From positions 1,674 through 65,673 of the forward strand of contig JAGOQU010000005.1 in the NCBI GenBank assembly GCA_018063165.1: 64,000 nucleotides of DNA, read 5' to 3'. Source of the DNA: Minisyncoccota bacterium. Lineage in GTDB: Bacteria > Patescibacteriota > Minisyncoccia > Phycocordibacterales > UBA5272. The notes beneath the pieces are model-generated. The model was not told the DNA's origin, made no database searches, and saw only the letters and a program-made list of their open reading frames with translations. Positions 50,956 to 60,612 of the stretch are shown piece by piece. The translations under genes were made by a program, and so were the position numbers. Each line of letters opens with the position of its first letter. Position 1 is the stretch's first letter.

Positions 50956-51948
50956 ATGCAAAAATTATCAAACATTTTAGGGTCTGGAAACATGACCCCA
51001 AAAGAAAGAATACTGGCTCAAGTCAAGCATTATCTACACCTTGAAAGAACAGGAGCAGAAATACTCTCTGAGTCTGATATTTATGCTTTGAGTCAAGGAT
51101 GGAAGCCAAAAACTCAAGCTGAGGTTAATGAATACAATAAATATCTAGATGGCATGAAGACGGAAAATTTAATGAAGGTAGATATACAGTTTGAGTATCT
51201 ACAAGCTCAGTTAAAGTTAGCCAGAGTATCACGCGTCCTTGATTATGCTATGTTTAGTGGGTATAAAAACATCAAAGCTCATGATATTTTATTGTCCGAC
51301 GGTTTGGTTTCAGAAGAAGAGATAACAGACTTTTTGCTAGAAAATAGTGGTTTCAACTATGACAGTATTGTAGTAGAATACCCTAAATTTAAAAGCGAAC
51401 TAGATACTCTTATAAAACAAAATAAACTCATCATCTACACTTTTGAAGACCAAATCCTAGACATGAAGCGAACGGTAAGTTTAATTACTGGAGAAAGTAT
51501 AATGTCTCTACCTCACACACACATTCTTAAGACTGAGTACAAGAAACAGTTGGAATACTATAAATATTTTGCTAATGTTTTTCTGTTTATACAAAAGTCG
51601 CAGTTATTTAAAATTTATGGCGAGATACTAGCACTGCAAGATATATATAAAGTTCTGCTTGAACTTTATGACGCAGATATAGGCTATTATCTATCTGACT
51701 TATTGAGTGAATTAGATGAATCAATACACCAGCTAAATATGGAAGTGGTGTATTTCTTATCTAGAATGGAGGATGAGCTTTATGATAAACATAAGCCCAA
51801 ATTCTTTTTAGATATTCAGATAAGAAAAGTCCTATTTGAAAAACCAATCAGAGAATATACTGGAAATATTTATAGAAAATACATTGAGCAATTTAGAGAG
51901 CTTTTTGATTATGAGTTTAGAGAAAAAAGCAATACTTTATTGCATTAG
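50956..51948 (+). CDS. hypothetical protein
   Basis: 330 aa, no family recognised. Confidence 0.4.
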   Translation: MQKLSNILGSGNMTPKERILAQVKHYLHLERTGAEILSESDIYALSQGWKPKTQAEVNEYNKYLDGMKTENLMKVDIQFEYLQAQLKLARVSRVLDYAMFSGYKNIKAHDILLSDGLVSEEEITDFLLENSGFNYDSIVVEYPKFKSELDTLIKQNKLIIYTFEDQILDMKRTVSLITGESIMSLPHTHILKTEYKKQLEYYKYFANVFLFIQKSQLFKIYGEILALQDIYKVLLELYDADIGYYLSDLLSELDESIHQLNMEVVYFLSRMEDELYDKHKPKFFLDIQIRKVLFEKPIREYTGNIYRKYIEQFRELFDYEFREKSNTLLH

Positions 51949-52067
51949 AAGGACTAATGTAGCCCCCAAAGTATTGACTTAATATACAAAGTATGCTATG
52001 ATGTATTAAGCTGTAAACTACAGCTACTGACCAAGCAGATTCTTGGTGTTCTTTTAAAAAGGAAAAG

Positions 52068-52925
52068 ATGATGACTGAAAAGATCACGTCGAATCAACGT
52101 AAACAAATCGTTCGATTCGTGGAGGATGGCATTGATGCCGTGAACCTTCAAAAAGACGGCGCACAGCGCCTTATCGAAAACGGAGGAGAATTCCAAAGCG
52201 AGCTGAAAAAGCTTGTTGAACGTTTCTCCATTACCAACCAGTACGCGGACGAAGAAGTGAAATCCAGCTACGGCTACCTGTCGGGCTACACGCCCAAGGG
52301 TATCACCGAGCAGACCAACTTACTCCGCGCCCTGTTCCCTGGTATCGGCTACGCCAACGAAAAGCTTGCCGAAGCTGGTCTGCCCGAAAACGCCGAAGGA
52401 TGGTTCGCCATTCCGCGGTGGGAAAAGGTTGCCCCGACTTATGGCGAAGCGGTGCAGAAGGTGCTCGATCTGATCAAGCAAACCAGAAACGGTGCGTTCT
52501 ACAACTACCGTGAAGGTCAACTTGGTCCGAACCAGCTCCGTCAGTCCGCGAAAGCAAAGTCAATGTTCCAAATGCTCGGTGGCGAGCAAAAAGATCAGGA
52601 CATTCTGGTGGTACCTGCCCAATTCGGTATCCGTCATCGCGGTCGCTCGGTTCGCCGTGCCCGCGCGCTAATGAACGCAAACGAATGCGGTCTGGGTGCA
52701 TTTGCCATCGGCATCATGCTCCTGACTCATCCTGAGCGTCTTCAGCACTTTGATGATCTCTGGATTGACTCCGCTGGTGACGAGTTTGCTCCGCATGCCG
52801 ATGGTGACTTCTCGAGGTCTCCGTACTTCAGGTTCTTTGACGACGAGGTCGAGTTCGACACCAACGATGTTTTCATTGCTTACGCCTACTATGGTTCGGC
52901 TTCGGTGTGTCTTCCGCAAGGTTGA
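52068..52925 (+). CDS. DGR target protein (variable region at C-terminus)
   Basis: 285-aa ORF, markedly GC-rich versus flanks. Last ~45 codons form the VR matching the downstream TR with adenine-specific mismatches. Confidence 0.7.
   Translation: MMTEKITSNQRKQIVRFVEDGIDAVNLQKDGAQRLIENGGEFQSELKKLVERFSITNQYADEEVKSSYGYLSGYTPKGITEQTNLLRALFPGIGYANEKLAEAGLPENAEGWFAIPRWEKVAPTYGEAVQKVLDLIKQTRNGAFYNYREGQLGPNQLRQSAKAKSMFQMLGGEQKDQDILVVPAQFGIRHRGRSVRRARALMNANECGLGAFAIGIMLLTHPERLQHFDDLWIDSAGDEFAPHADGDFSRSPYFRFFDDEVEFDTNDVFIAYAYYGSASVCLPQG
52784..52921 (+). repeat. DGR variable repeat (VR)
   Basis: Aligned by hand to 53289-53426 at a constant offset of 505 bp. Confidence 0.7.
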
Positions 52926-52984
52926 TACTTGTTCTTTGGGATCTTGAGTCTTTTGATTTTTTGATCCTTGAATCCTTGAGTGGG

Positions 52985-53012
52985 TTTGCGAAAGCAAACC
53001 CACTTTTTTTAT
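52985..53012 (+). terminator. terminator after DGR target gene
   Basis: gtgggtttgc-gaaa-gcaaacccac followed by tttttttatt. Confidence 0.7.
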
Positions 53013-53288
53013 TTGCCGAAGGCAATTTTTGTATTTTTATGGTAAAATAAGTTTGAGTCTAGGTTAGTGTATAGTAGTTTACGGATTACTATCACCGAAC
53101 TCTTTCTCCTATGAGAAATCACAATCAGCATCACAAAGACCAAGGTTTCTGTGACAGTGTTGTTGCTCTAGAGATACTGCTTACTATTTTCTAAGACAAA
53201 CAAGTAATTGTGTTGTTGGATTAAATACAGAATCGTGATTTATGTGCAATATCATACTTCGTGGTTTGTGGTCTGGATGGAAAATAGT

Positions 53289-53426
53289 AAAAGCTCCGAA
53301 TGCCGATGGTGACTTCTCGAAGTCTCCGTACTTCAAGTTCAATGACGACAAGGTCAAGTTCGACACCAACGATGTTGACAATGCTAACGACAACTATGGT
53401 TCGGCTTCGGTGTGTCTTCCGAAGTA
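53289..53426 (+). repeat. DGR template repeat (TR)
   Basis: Non-coding copy of the VR. 13 of 14 mismatches are A in this copy versus C/G/T in the VR. Followed by hairpin ggtatcc-atatcg-gatacc at 53440-53468. Confidence 0.7.
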
Positions 53427-53472
53427 TCAATTAAGCACAAAAGGTATCCATATCGGATACCTTTTGCTTTAT

Positions 53473-53817
53473 TTACTTTTGGAACTTTATCCACCCACCA
53501 AGCATACGACCAATTTCATCAATGATTCCTTGGAGAAGTGTGTACTTCTTTAGATCGAGACTTCTACTTTCTTTCATAAGACGAATAAAAAACCTTATGA
53601 TATTAAGTTTTACACTCGTCTTTTCTAGAAGAATTATTTTTCTTTCTTTTGAAACATAACTTGCTTCAAGAACTAATTCAAGGATATCTATAATTATATT
53701 TTCTGTACGCTCGTAAACAGAGAATCTGTCTTGTTTTGGAACCAGATTTCTGTACTCATGAAATGTTTTGTACAACTCATGAATCTTACGAAGTATTGGC
53801 ACATCATTATCATTCAT
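53473..53817 (-). CDS. avd: Avd-like accessory variability determinant (four-helix-bundle family)
   Basis: 114-aa helical ORF ending IDEIGRMLGGWIKFQK. Lies between TR and RT. Opposite strand to the RT is atypical. Confidence 0.5.
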   Translation of the reverse strand: MNDNDVPILRKIHELYKTFHEYRNLVPKQDRFSVYERTENIIIDILELVLEASYVSKERKIILLEKTSVKLNIIRFFIRLMKESRSLDLKKYTLLQGIIDEIGRMLGGWIKFQK

Positions 53818-54873
53818 ATGAGAATATATACTAATTTATTTAATAAACTTGTTACTCCAGAAAACCTATTTTCTGCATGGGAGGATTTTCGACGTGATAA
53901 AAAAAAGAAAGTAGATGTACTTATTTTTGAGAAAAATCTCGAGCAAGAAATATTCTCTATTCACAGAGAATTGACTTCTGACACTTACAAGCACAGTGGC
54001 TATACTTCTTTTTATCTTTCAGATCCGAAACGTCGACATATACACAAAGCCTTAGTTCGTGACCGAGTACTTCATCATGCGATTATGGGTATTTTGTATC
54101 CTTTGTACGACAAAACCTTTATTCATAATTCTTTTTCTTGTCGTGTTGGGAAAGGAACTCATAAAGGTGTTGATGCACTACGATCCATGCTTTACAAAGC
54201 AAGTAAAAATAATACAAGAAATGTGTATATTTTAAAGTGCGATATAGAGAAGTTTTTTGATTCTATTTCTCACGAGATCTTGCTTGACGCTCTTCACTCA
54301 CGAATCAAAGATCAAAAACTTATGGACTTACTCACTGAAGTAATCGGAAGCTTTTCGAGTTATAAGTCTAATCTTTTCGGATTGTGCGGTGTACCTATTG
54401 GTAATTTAACCTCTCAATTATTCGCTAATGTTTACATGGATATTTTTGATCAGTTCATGAAACATGAACTTAAAGTAAAATATTATGCACGGTATACCGA
54501 TGATTTTGTAATAGTTAGTGAGAATAAAGAATATCTAATAGACTTATTACCCAAAATACAATTGTTTTTAAATGAGAAGTTAAAGTTACAGACACATCCC
54601 AAGAAAATTATCCTAACAAAGTTCGCACTAGGCATTGATTATCTTGGATATGTTTTGTTCCCACACTTCACTTTAGTTCGTAAACTCACTCAAAAATGTG
54701 CTTTTAGAAAAATAAACGAAAAGATATCTTTGTGCAAGCAACAAGAGATTTCAAAAGATAAAGTACATGCAACCTTAATGTCTTATCTTGGTGTTTTATC
54801 TCATGCAGATACTTATAAAGTATCTAATAAATTAAAGAATGATTATTTCTTTAATATGAGTAACATTGACTAA
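53818..54873 (+). CDS. DGR reverse transcriptase
   Basis: Start inferred at MRIYTNLFNKLVTPENLFSAWEDF. RT motifs include GVPIGNLTSQLFANVYM (DGR-type [I/L]GxxxSQ) and YARYTDDFVIV (YxDD). No maturase/endonuclease domain. Confidence 0.8.
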   Translation: MRIYTNLFNKLVTPENLFSAWEDFRRDKKKKVDVLIFEKNLEQEIFSIHRELTSDTYKHSGYTSFYLSDPKRRHIHKALVRDRVLHHAIMGILYPLYDKTFIHNSFSCRVGKGTHKGVDALRSMLYKASKNNTRNVYILKCDIEKFFDSISHEILLDALHSRIKDQKLMDLLTEVIGSFSSYKSNLFGLCGVPIGNLTSQLFANVYMDIFDQFMKHELKVKYYARYTDDFVIVSENKEYLIDLLPKIQLFLNEKLKLQTHPKKIILTKFALGIDYLGYVLFPHFTLVRKLTQKCAFRKINEKISLCKQQEISKDKVHATLMSYLGVLSHADTYKVSNKLKNDYFFNMSNID

Positions 54874-54893
54874 AAAAGTTCGACCGGGCTTCT

Positions 54894-57239
54894 TTAGTCA
54901 TTCATGTTTTCAAGACTTTTCCCAAGCGATTCTAATTTCTCTATATCTTTTATTAGATGCCACTCACCAGTTTTAAATATAACAACTCCACCAAATAGTT
55001 TCTGTGCTTTTCGTGTTTTATTTTCTTTCTTTACATATTCTTGCAAGGCTTCATTTTTTGCTTTTGTATACGTATCTTTATCTCTGTCGTTCTCATCTTT
55101 TGTTTCAAAAATACCAATTCTTCCATCAGAAAGCTCAACAATATAGTCAGGATAGAAAGTGTGTACTTCTGATTGATATTCGTATCTGATACCAAAATAG
55201 TCCCTCCTCATTTCACCATTTTTATACCACCAATTTACAGCAATAAGTAATTCAAGATACTTTTCAAACTCTTGCTCTGGTTTAGATCTAGTTTTTGAAA
55301 GATAGCAAGGTTGTAAAACACATTTTGCATAGTTTTTTTCTTCGTCTACTTCTTTATTAAAGTAGTCTTTTTCTATTATTTCAAAACCTGTAATAACATG
55401 TTCGGTCTCTTCTTTTGCTTTCTTTGCACGAACCAAGGAGTATGTCTGTACTGCATCTAAAAAGATAGGTTTAATTTTATCTTTATTTAAAATGAGAAAT
55501 GCTTGAGAGCTAAGTGTTCCATTATTTATTATCTCATCACCAAAGAGTTCACGGCATACTAAAAACCAAGCAGTATTCATAGACGGTACCGAACGAGCGA
55601 TGTTAGTAAATGGAGCCATCATACTTTTAAAGAGACTGCGTGAAATAAATTCAATCTGGCGCTCATTTATTTTAAGAGACTGCACATCGCCGTCATCGTC
55701 TTCGAAAACATTTTTATAATTGTCTACCTCTGTAACATCAAGAGACAGATCCTTTATAACTGTATGTAGTATCTCTTCAGTACCAAATTGCCATCCTAAA
55801 TCAGATGTAGTTGTAGGTTTTACTTTTTTGAGTTTACTTATATTATTTTTATACTCACCCTGAACAAGACCAAGTTTAGTAGATATGGTTTCTAACAAAA
55901 CTTTCCGAAAGTCAGCTTTAATATCTTGGTAATCGGCACGTTCTCTATAAAAAGATGTTAAGTTTATCGGGTTATACGACGGCAGTCTCTTTGCAGGCTG
56001 ATCACCCAGTATCTTTGGGCTGTAACTTTCAATGTCAAAACTCGCACTACTTGTATTGGTGTATACATAAGCTTTATTAAGAGCTTCTACTTCATAGTGT
56101 TTTTGCTCAGGCATACGAAGTATTCTTCCTAATACTTGTATATTAAATACTTCACTTTCACTTTCTCTAAATTTAAGTAGTATCTGTGCACGAGGGCAAT
56201 CCCAGCCAGTATCAATTGCTTGTTTAAAAAGTAAGTATTCTTGTGGGGCGGTATTGTCGGATATTTTATCCAAATTCCTATCTATTTTATTTTCATCGTC
56301 TAACCATACTGACAACTTGTCATCACCCAAAGAGACACCTCTAGTATTTTTAAGTTGTTCTAAAACAACAGACTTTACCACTTCACCATTTGCGCTGTTG
56401 GGTAGCTGTATAAGAAGTAAAGGATTTACATCTATATTATTTTCTTTATACAGCCTAGCGAGTTCATCTCTTTTATTGATTGCAGTACGAAGTATCGCTT
56501 CGTCACTATCGTCTGTATCTTTAAAATCAAAATCAAAGTTAACGAGAATTTGATCTTTTATCATTTGTTCGTCAATAACATCTTGAGGTTTAATTTTTTC
56601 TATCCAACCATTACCTGCAATTACATCTTCTGCTGACAAAATCAATTTCGGAGTTGCTGATACCTCTATCGTGACAGTCGGATTTATGAGATGAATTATA
56701 TCTTCGGCAATCTTTGTCTTTGTATTGCTGTGAGCTTCGTCAATAATGAGAATTATTTTTCTATGAATACTGGTGGTGTTTAAAAGTATTTCCCTAAAGT
56801 TAGTTTGTTCACCATCTTTCATAATAATGTTTTTCCACTCCTGTGTCTTACCATCTTTCGAACGTATCTTTTCCCAGTTTACAACCATAACTGAGTCTTT
56901 TAAAAGTTCATATTGTGAAGTACCAAAAACACCATCTACACTTTGAACTATAGGGAATCCATCAAATACTCTTTCAAGACTTCTCCTGCTTTGATTGTGT
57001 AGATCTCCTTTACCGATAGAGAGCCATACAAAAGTAAAATCAAGAGAGCTTTCACTTTCTTTATTTTTGTTTATCAGTGACTCTATAAAACTTGCCACCA
57101 TAATAGTCTTACCTGATCCAGTAGGAGCTTGGAGAACAGCGGTCTTTTTGTGGTCATTATTACTGTCTAAAAAGAGTGACACTTTTTCAGTAAGCGTATC
57201 GACAGCTTTTTGTTGATAGTCTTTTAAAATTATTTTCAT
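54894..57239 (-). CDS. res: type III restriction enzyme Res subunit
   Basis: SF2 helicase motifs VLQAPTGSGKTIM (I) and LIIDEAHS (II). Follows a Mod gene. Start inferred at MKIILKDYQQ. Confidence 0.8.
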   Translation of the reverse strand: MKIILKDYQQKAVDTLTEKVSLFLDSNNDHKKTAVLQAPTGSGKTIMVASFIESLINKNKESESSLDFTFVWLSIGKGDLHNQSRRSLERVFDGFPIVQSVDGVFGTSQYELLKDSVMVVNWEKIRSKDGKTQEWKNIIMKDGEQTNFREILLNTTSIHRKIILIIDEAHSNTKTKIAEDIIHLINPTVTIEVSATPKLILSAEDVIAGNGWIEKIKPQDVIDEQMIKDQILVNFDFDFKDTDDSDEAILRTAINKRDELARLYKENNIDVNPLLLIQLPNSANGEVVKSVVLEQLKNTRGVSLGDDKLSVWLDDENKIDRNLDKISDNTAPQEYLLFKQAIDTGWDCPRAQILLKFRESESEVFNIQVLGRILRMPEQKHYEVEALNKAYVYTNTSSASFDIESYSPKILGDQPAKRLPSYNPINLTSFYRERADYQDIKADFRKVLLETISTKLGLVQGEYKNNISKLKKVKPTTTSDLGWQFGTEEILHTVIKDLSLDVTEVDNYKNVFEDDDGDVQSLKINERQIEFISRSLFKSMMAPFTNIARSVPSMNTAWFLVCRELFGDEIINNGTLSSQAFLILNKDKIKPIFLDAVQTYSLVRAKKAKEETEHVITGFEIIEKDYFNKEVDEEKNYAKCVLQPCYLSKTRSKPEQEFEKYLELLIAVNWWYKNGEMRRDYFGIRYEYQSEVHTFYPDYIVELSDGRIGIFETKDENDRDKDTYTKAKNEALQEYVKKENKTRKAQKLFGGVVIFKTGEWHLIKDIEKLESLGKSLENMND

Positions 57240-57249
57240 AGTGTTTTTG

Positions 57250-58986
57250 TTATCTGCGATTATTTCGCTTATAAATAGTTTCGTATATTTCAAGTATTTT
57301 TTCTGGTACTTCTTCGATATGTATTCCTTTCCATTTACGATAGTCATCTATAAAATCAGAGACACTTCGAAGAGAGAAAATATAGGCAGTCTTGTGTGAA
57401 TCTTCATATTGTTTTAACTCACTTCGCATATCTTCGAGATAACTATCATCAAGATCATAATACACACCCATATAATGTTTTACGGTAGTACTGTCGCCCT
57501 CTTGAGATATAACCTTTATTCCGCTATAAATACGATACATGAGAGTGTCGCCATCTTTTACTTCTTTTTCTAGATTAAAAGTATTCTCCTTAAGACAAAG
57601 CATTTCACTACAGGCTCGCATGAGTCTCATTTTCATATTGTCACTATGGCGAGTCTTGTCTATGTATTCGCATTTTAAATACTCCAAATTACCACCAAAA
57701 CCCTCGATGTTTTCTCCTTTTTTGTTTGTGTAGCCTTTAATCACTCTCTTGAGTCTTTCATAGGTTACTTCTTCACAAATATTATTCTCATTATTAGTAC
57801 AGAGAATATATTGGCGATTACCGCCATCCTCTTTATTTAATTCCATAACAGCATGGCCAGTTGTACCAGAGCCTGCCATGAAGTCTAAGACTACGGAGTT
57901 TTTATCTTGATGAAAATCTACTAAGTCTTTAATTAACAAGTATGGCTTTGAGTAATTAAAAACTTTTGATTTAAAAATATTTTCGAGTTGCTTGGTAGCC
58001 ATTGTACTGGAATAACTTGATATGACAGCTATTGGAGTTTTTGAACGTTCTATCAAATTTCCCTCATTATCACAGTTAAAATATTGCTTGGTATATACAT
58101 TACCATTCTTAAAAACTATAAAATCATTTTCTAATCCCCATAAAAATTTATTTTCAGACCACCTCCAACACCCCTTCTTCCCATCTTCTGAAGGCATTTT
58201 AGTTTCTCCATTTGGCAGAATGATTGGATAGTCAAGGCTTTTAGAATACTGAATACTAAAACTATTCAACTTAATCAACTTGTATCTTCCTCGTATTTCT
58301 AAATAGTTGTCTTCAAAAGTATAACCATTATCATTTTCTATTTTTAAATTTTTTATAACAACTAAATCTTTTTTCAAACCATAAACCAAAATGTATTCAT
58401 GTTTAATCTTGAAATGTGCACTATCAGATCCGCCACCTCCTTCTTTATTTTCCCATATTAAATTTGCTATAAAATTATGTTCCCCGAGTATTGAGTCACA
58501 CAAAAGTTTTAATTGTGCCTGCTCATTATCATCAATAGATATAAAAATTGCACCACTATCTTTTAGTAGGTCTTTTGCAAGTCTTAGTCTCTTCTCTATA
58601 AAAGACAACCACTTAGAATGTCTAAAGCTATCCTCTCTATCTACATAATCATCATTATATATAAAGTCTTTATTCCCAGTATTGTATGGCGGATCAATAT
58701 AGATGACATCAATCTTACCCTTATGGGTATAATTCAAAACAGAAAGAGCGTGATAATTGTCTCCCTCAATCAATAAGTTCGTTGGGCGAGTATTATCTGT
58801 AACGATTTTTCTATTTTTAATTTCTTTAAGCACTGGAATTTGCTTTTCACATTGAAGTACCACATCCTCTGGTTTATCTTCCCAGACGAGTCCATATTTT
58901 TTACGAGACTTGAGTTTTTTCATTTCTTCCTCAAGTTCTTTGATGCGAGCAAAAAGCTCTTGTTGTGAGTTTGTGTTTGATGACAT
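57250..58986 (-). CDS. mod: type III R-M Mod subunit (N6-adenine DNA methyltransferase)
   Basis: LIEGDNYHALSVL, IDVIYIDPPYNTG, C-terminal FMAGSGTTGHAV. Confidence 0.85.
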   Translation of the reverse strand: MSSNTNSQQELFARIKELEEEMKKLKSRKKYGLVWEDKPEDVVLQCEKQIPVLKEIKNRKIVTDNTRPTNLLIEGDNYHALSVLNYTHKGKIDVIYIDPPYNTGNKDFIYNDDYVDREDSFRHSKWLSFIEKRLRLAKDLLKDSGAIFISIDDNEQAQLKLLCDSILGEHNFIANLIWENKEGGGGSDSAHFKIKHEYILVYGLKKDLVVIKNLKIENDNGYTFEDNYLEIRGRYKLIKLNSFSIQYSKSLDYPIILPNGETKMPSEDGKKGCWRWSENKFLWGLENDFIVFKNGNVYTKQYFNCDNEGNLIERSKTPIAVISSYSSTMATKQLENIFKSKVFNYSKPYLLIKDLVDFHQDKNSVVLDFMAGSGTTGHAVMELNKEDGGNRQYILCTNNENNICEEVTYERLKRVIKGYTNKKGENIEGFGGNLEYLKCEYIDKTRHSDNMKMRLMRACSEMLCLKENTFNLEKEVKDGDTLMYRIYSGIKVISQEGDSTTVKHYMGVYYDLDDSYLEDMRSELKQYEDSHKTAYIFSLRSVSDFIDDYRKWKGIHIEEVPEKILEIYETIYKRNNRR

Positions 58987-59283
58987 AGGGTAGACGTCTA
59001 TGCCTCAGCTTAAAACCAAAAATGGGTAGCCGAGTGTCTACCCATAACTAGAGTCGCAAGGAGTCCAATCATGGAACTCAGCTACCCGTTTCTGTCCACG
59101 ATTGGATACAGAAAAACAGATAGCCTTGCGACTTTTTAAAAACTAATTATGGGTAGACTGTTACATAATAGCATAAAAACGGCTTTTTATGAAGGGTTTA
59201 GGGACTACTTATCAACTTATAAGGACAAAAGAACGCCTAGACTTCCTATGTGGTTTGCGTCATTAATGTGTATATAAAAACAT
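58987..59283. promoter_or_regulatory. cluster of inverted/direct repeats upstream of the serine recombinase gene (candidate recombination site)
   Basis: gggtagac / gtctaccc motifs at about 58989, 59024-59046, 59080, 59150. Inverted repeat gagtcgcaagg...ccttgcgactt at about 59050 and 59120. Confidence 0.35.
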
Positions 59284-60612
59284 ATGAAAATAGATGCACC
59301 AAAAGGATATGAAGTACCTATAACACTTCAAACAAAAGAAGTTAAAGCAAGATATTGTTTGTATGCAAGAAAATCAACAGAGTCAGAAGAAAGACAAGTA
59401 CTTTCAATTGATTCGCAAATTAAAGAAATGCTCGAGCTTGCAGAAAGAGAAGGTCTTGAAATAGTTGCTATGAAGCGAGAGTCCCACTCAGCAAAAGAAC
59501 AAGGACAGCGTCCTGTATTTAATGAAATAGTCGATGAAATCAAAGCTAAGAAATATAATGCAATACTCACATGGGCACCAGATCGTATTAGTAGAAATGC
59601 GGGAGATCTCGGAAAGATAGTAGACCTCATGGATGCGGGACTGCTTCATGAAATACGCACCTATGGGCAAAAGTTTTCAAACAACCCTAATGAGAAGTTC
59701 TTGCTGATGATACTGGGCTCACAAGCAAAGCTAGAAAATGATAACAGAGGTGTGAATGTGAAGCGTGGACTTCGCACAAGAGCTGAGATGGGACTATGGG
59801 CAGGTACAGCACCACTCGGATATTTAAATCAAAGACATATGGATAGAAAGTGCCAAGTAGTCATAGATCCTGATAGAGCTCCTGTAGTAAAGAAAATGTT
59901 TGAGAAAGTAGCATACGAAAAATGGTCGGGAAGAAAGGTGTACAATTGGCTTCGTTTTGAAGCCAATTTTTATACGAGAGGCAATAAGCCTCTTACACTA
60001 AGCGGTGTCTACAGAGTGCTCACTCACAGCTTTTATTATGGAGTTTTTGAAAGACCTAAAAATAGCGGCAACTGGTATCAAGGTAAACATGAGCCGATTA
60101 TAACAAAAGAGTTATTTGATCAAGTACAAGCACAACTGAAGCGAGATAATATACAGAGAGAAAATAAAGAATTTGCTTTCACTAAACTATTTACTTGTGG
60201 ATATTGTGGTAGCGGTATATCGGCAGAAGAAAAGTGGAAAGATTTAAAAGATGGTACACATGCAAAATACATATACTACTCCTGTAGTAGGGCGAGGGAT
60301 AGAAACTGTAAGAATAAATATATTAGAGAAGAAGAATTGATTGGGGAACTACTCAAAATGCTAGACAAGGTAGATATTAACGAGCTTGGCATGAGACAAA
60401 AGCTCGAGGAAGAAATAGCAAGATTTAATATATTCCAAAGATCAGTGTTACAAACGACAGTAAAGTCAGACAAAGATCATGTCACTGATATTCGTAACTA
60501 TGCGAAGTATATTCTTAAGGAAGGTACAGTGATGGAAAAGCGTGAGTTACTTGCTAATTTAAGGAGCAGGATTGTGTATAAGGATAAGGAGTTAAAATTA
60601 AACAATTGCTAA
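59284..60612 (+). CDS. large serine recombinase
   Basis: N-terminal resolvase domain with catalytic Ser in YARKSTESEERQVLSIDSQ, recombinase domain, C-terminal zinc ribbon CGYCGSGISAEE...YYSCS. 442 aa. Confidence 0.9.
   Translation: MKIDAPKGYEVPITLQTKEVKARYCLYARKSTESEERQVLSIDSQIKEMLELAEREGLEIVAMKRESHSAKEQGQRPVFNEIVDEIKAKKYNAILTWAPDRISRNAGDLGKIVDLMDAGLLHEIRTYGQKFSNNPNEKFLLMILGSQAKLENDNRGVNVKRGLRTRAEMGLWAGTAPLGYLNQRHMDRKCQVVIDPDRAPVVKKMFEKVAYEKWSGRKVYNWLRFEANFYTRGNKPLTLSGVYRVLTHSFYYGVFERPKNSGNWYQGKHEPIITKELFDQVQAQLKRDNIQRENKEFAFTKLFTCGYCGSGISAEEKWKDLKDGTHAKYIYYSCSRARDRNCKNKYIREEELIGELLKMLDKVDINELGMRQKLEEEIARFNIFQRSVLQTTVKSDKDHVTDIRNYAKYILKEGTVMEKRELLANLRSRIVYKDKELKLNNC

Noticed and set aside
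52320-53003. Three minus-strand ORFs (52320-52520, 52474-52701, 52668-53003)
   Set aside because: Antisense artefacts of the GC-rich DGR target gene. They overlap each other and the sense gene.
53242-53553. 103-aa plus-strand ORF
   Set aside because: It is simply the translation of the DGR template repeat (NADGDFSKSPYFKFNDD... mirrors the target C-terminus). TRs are non-coding.
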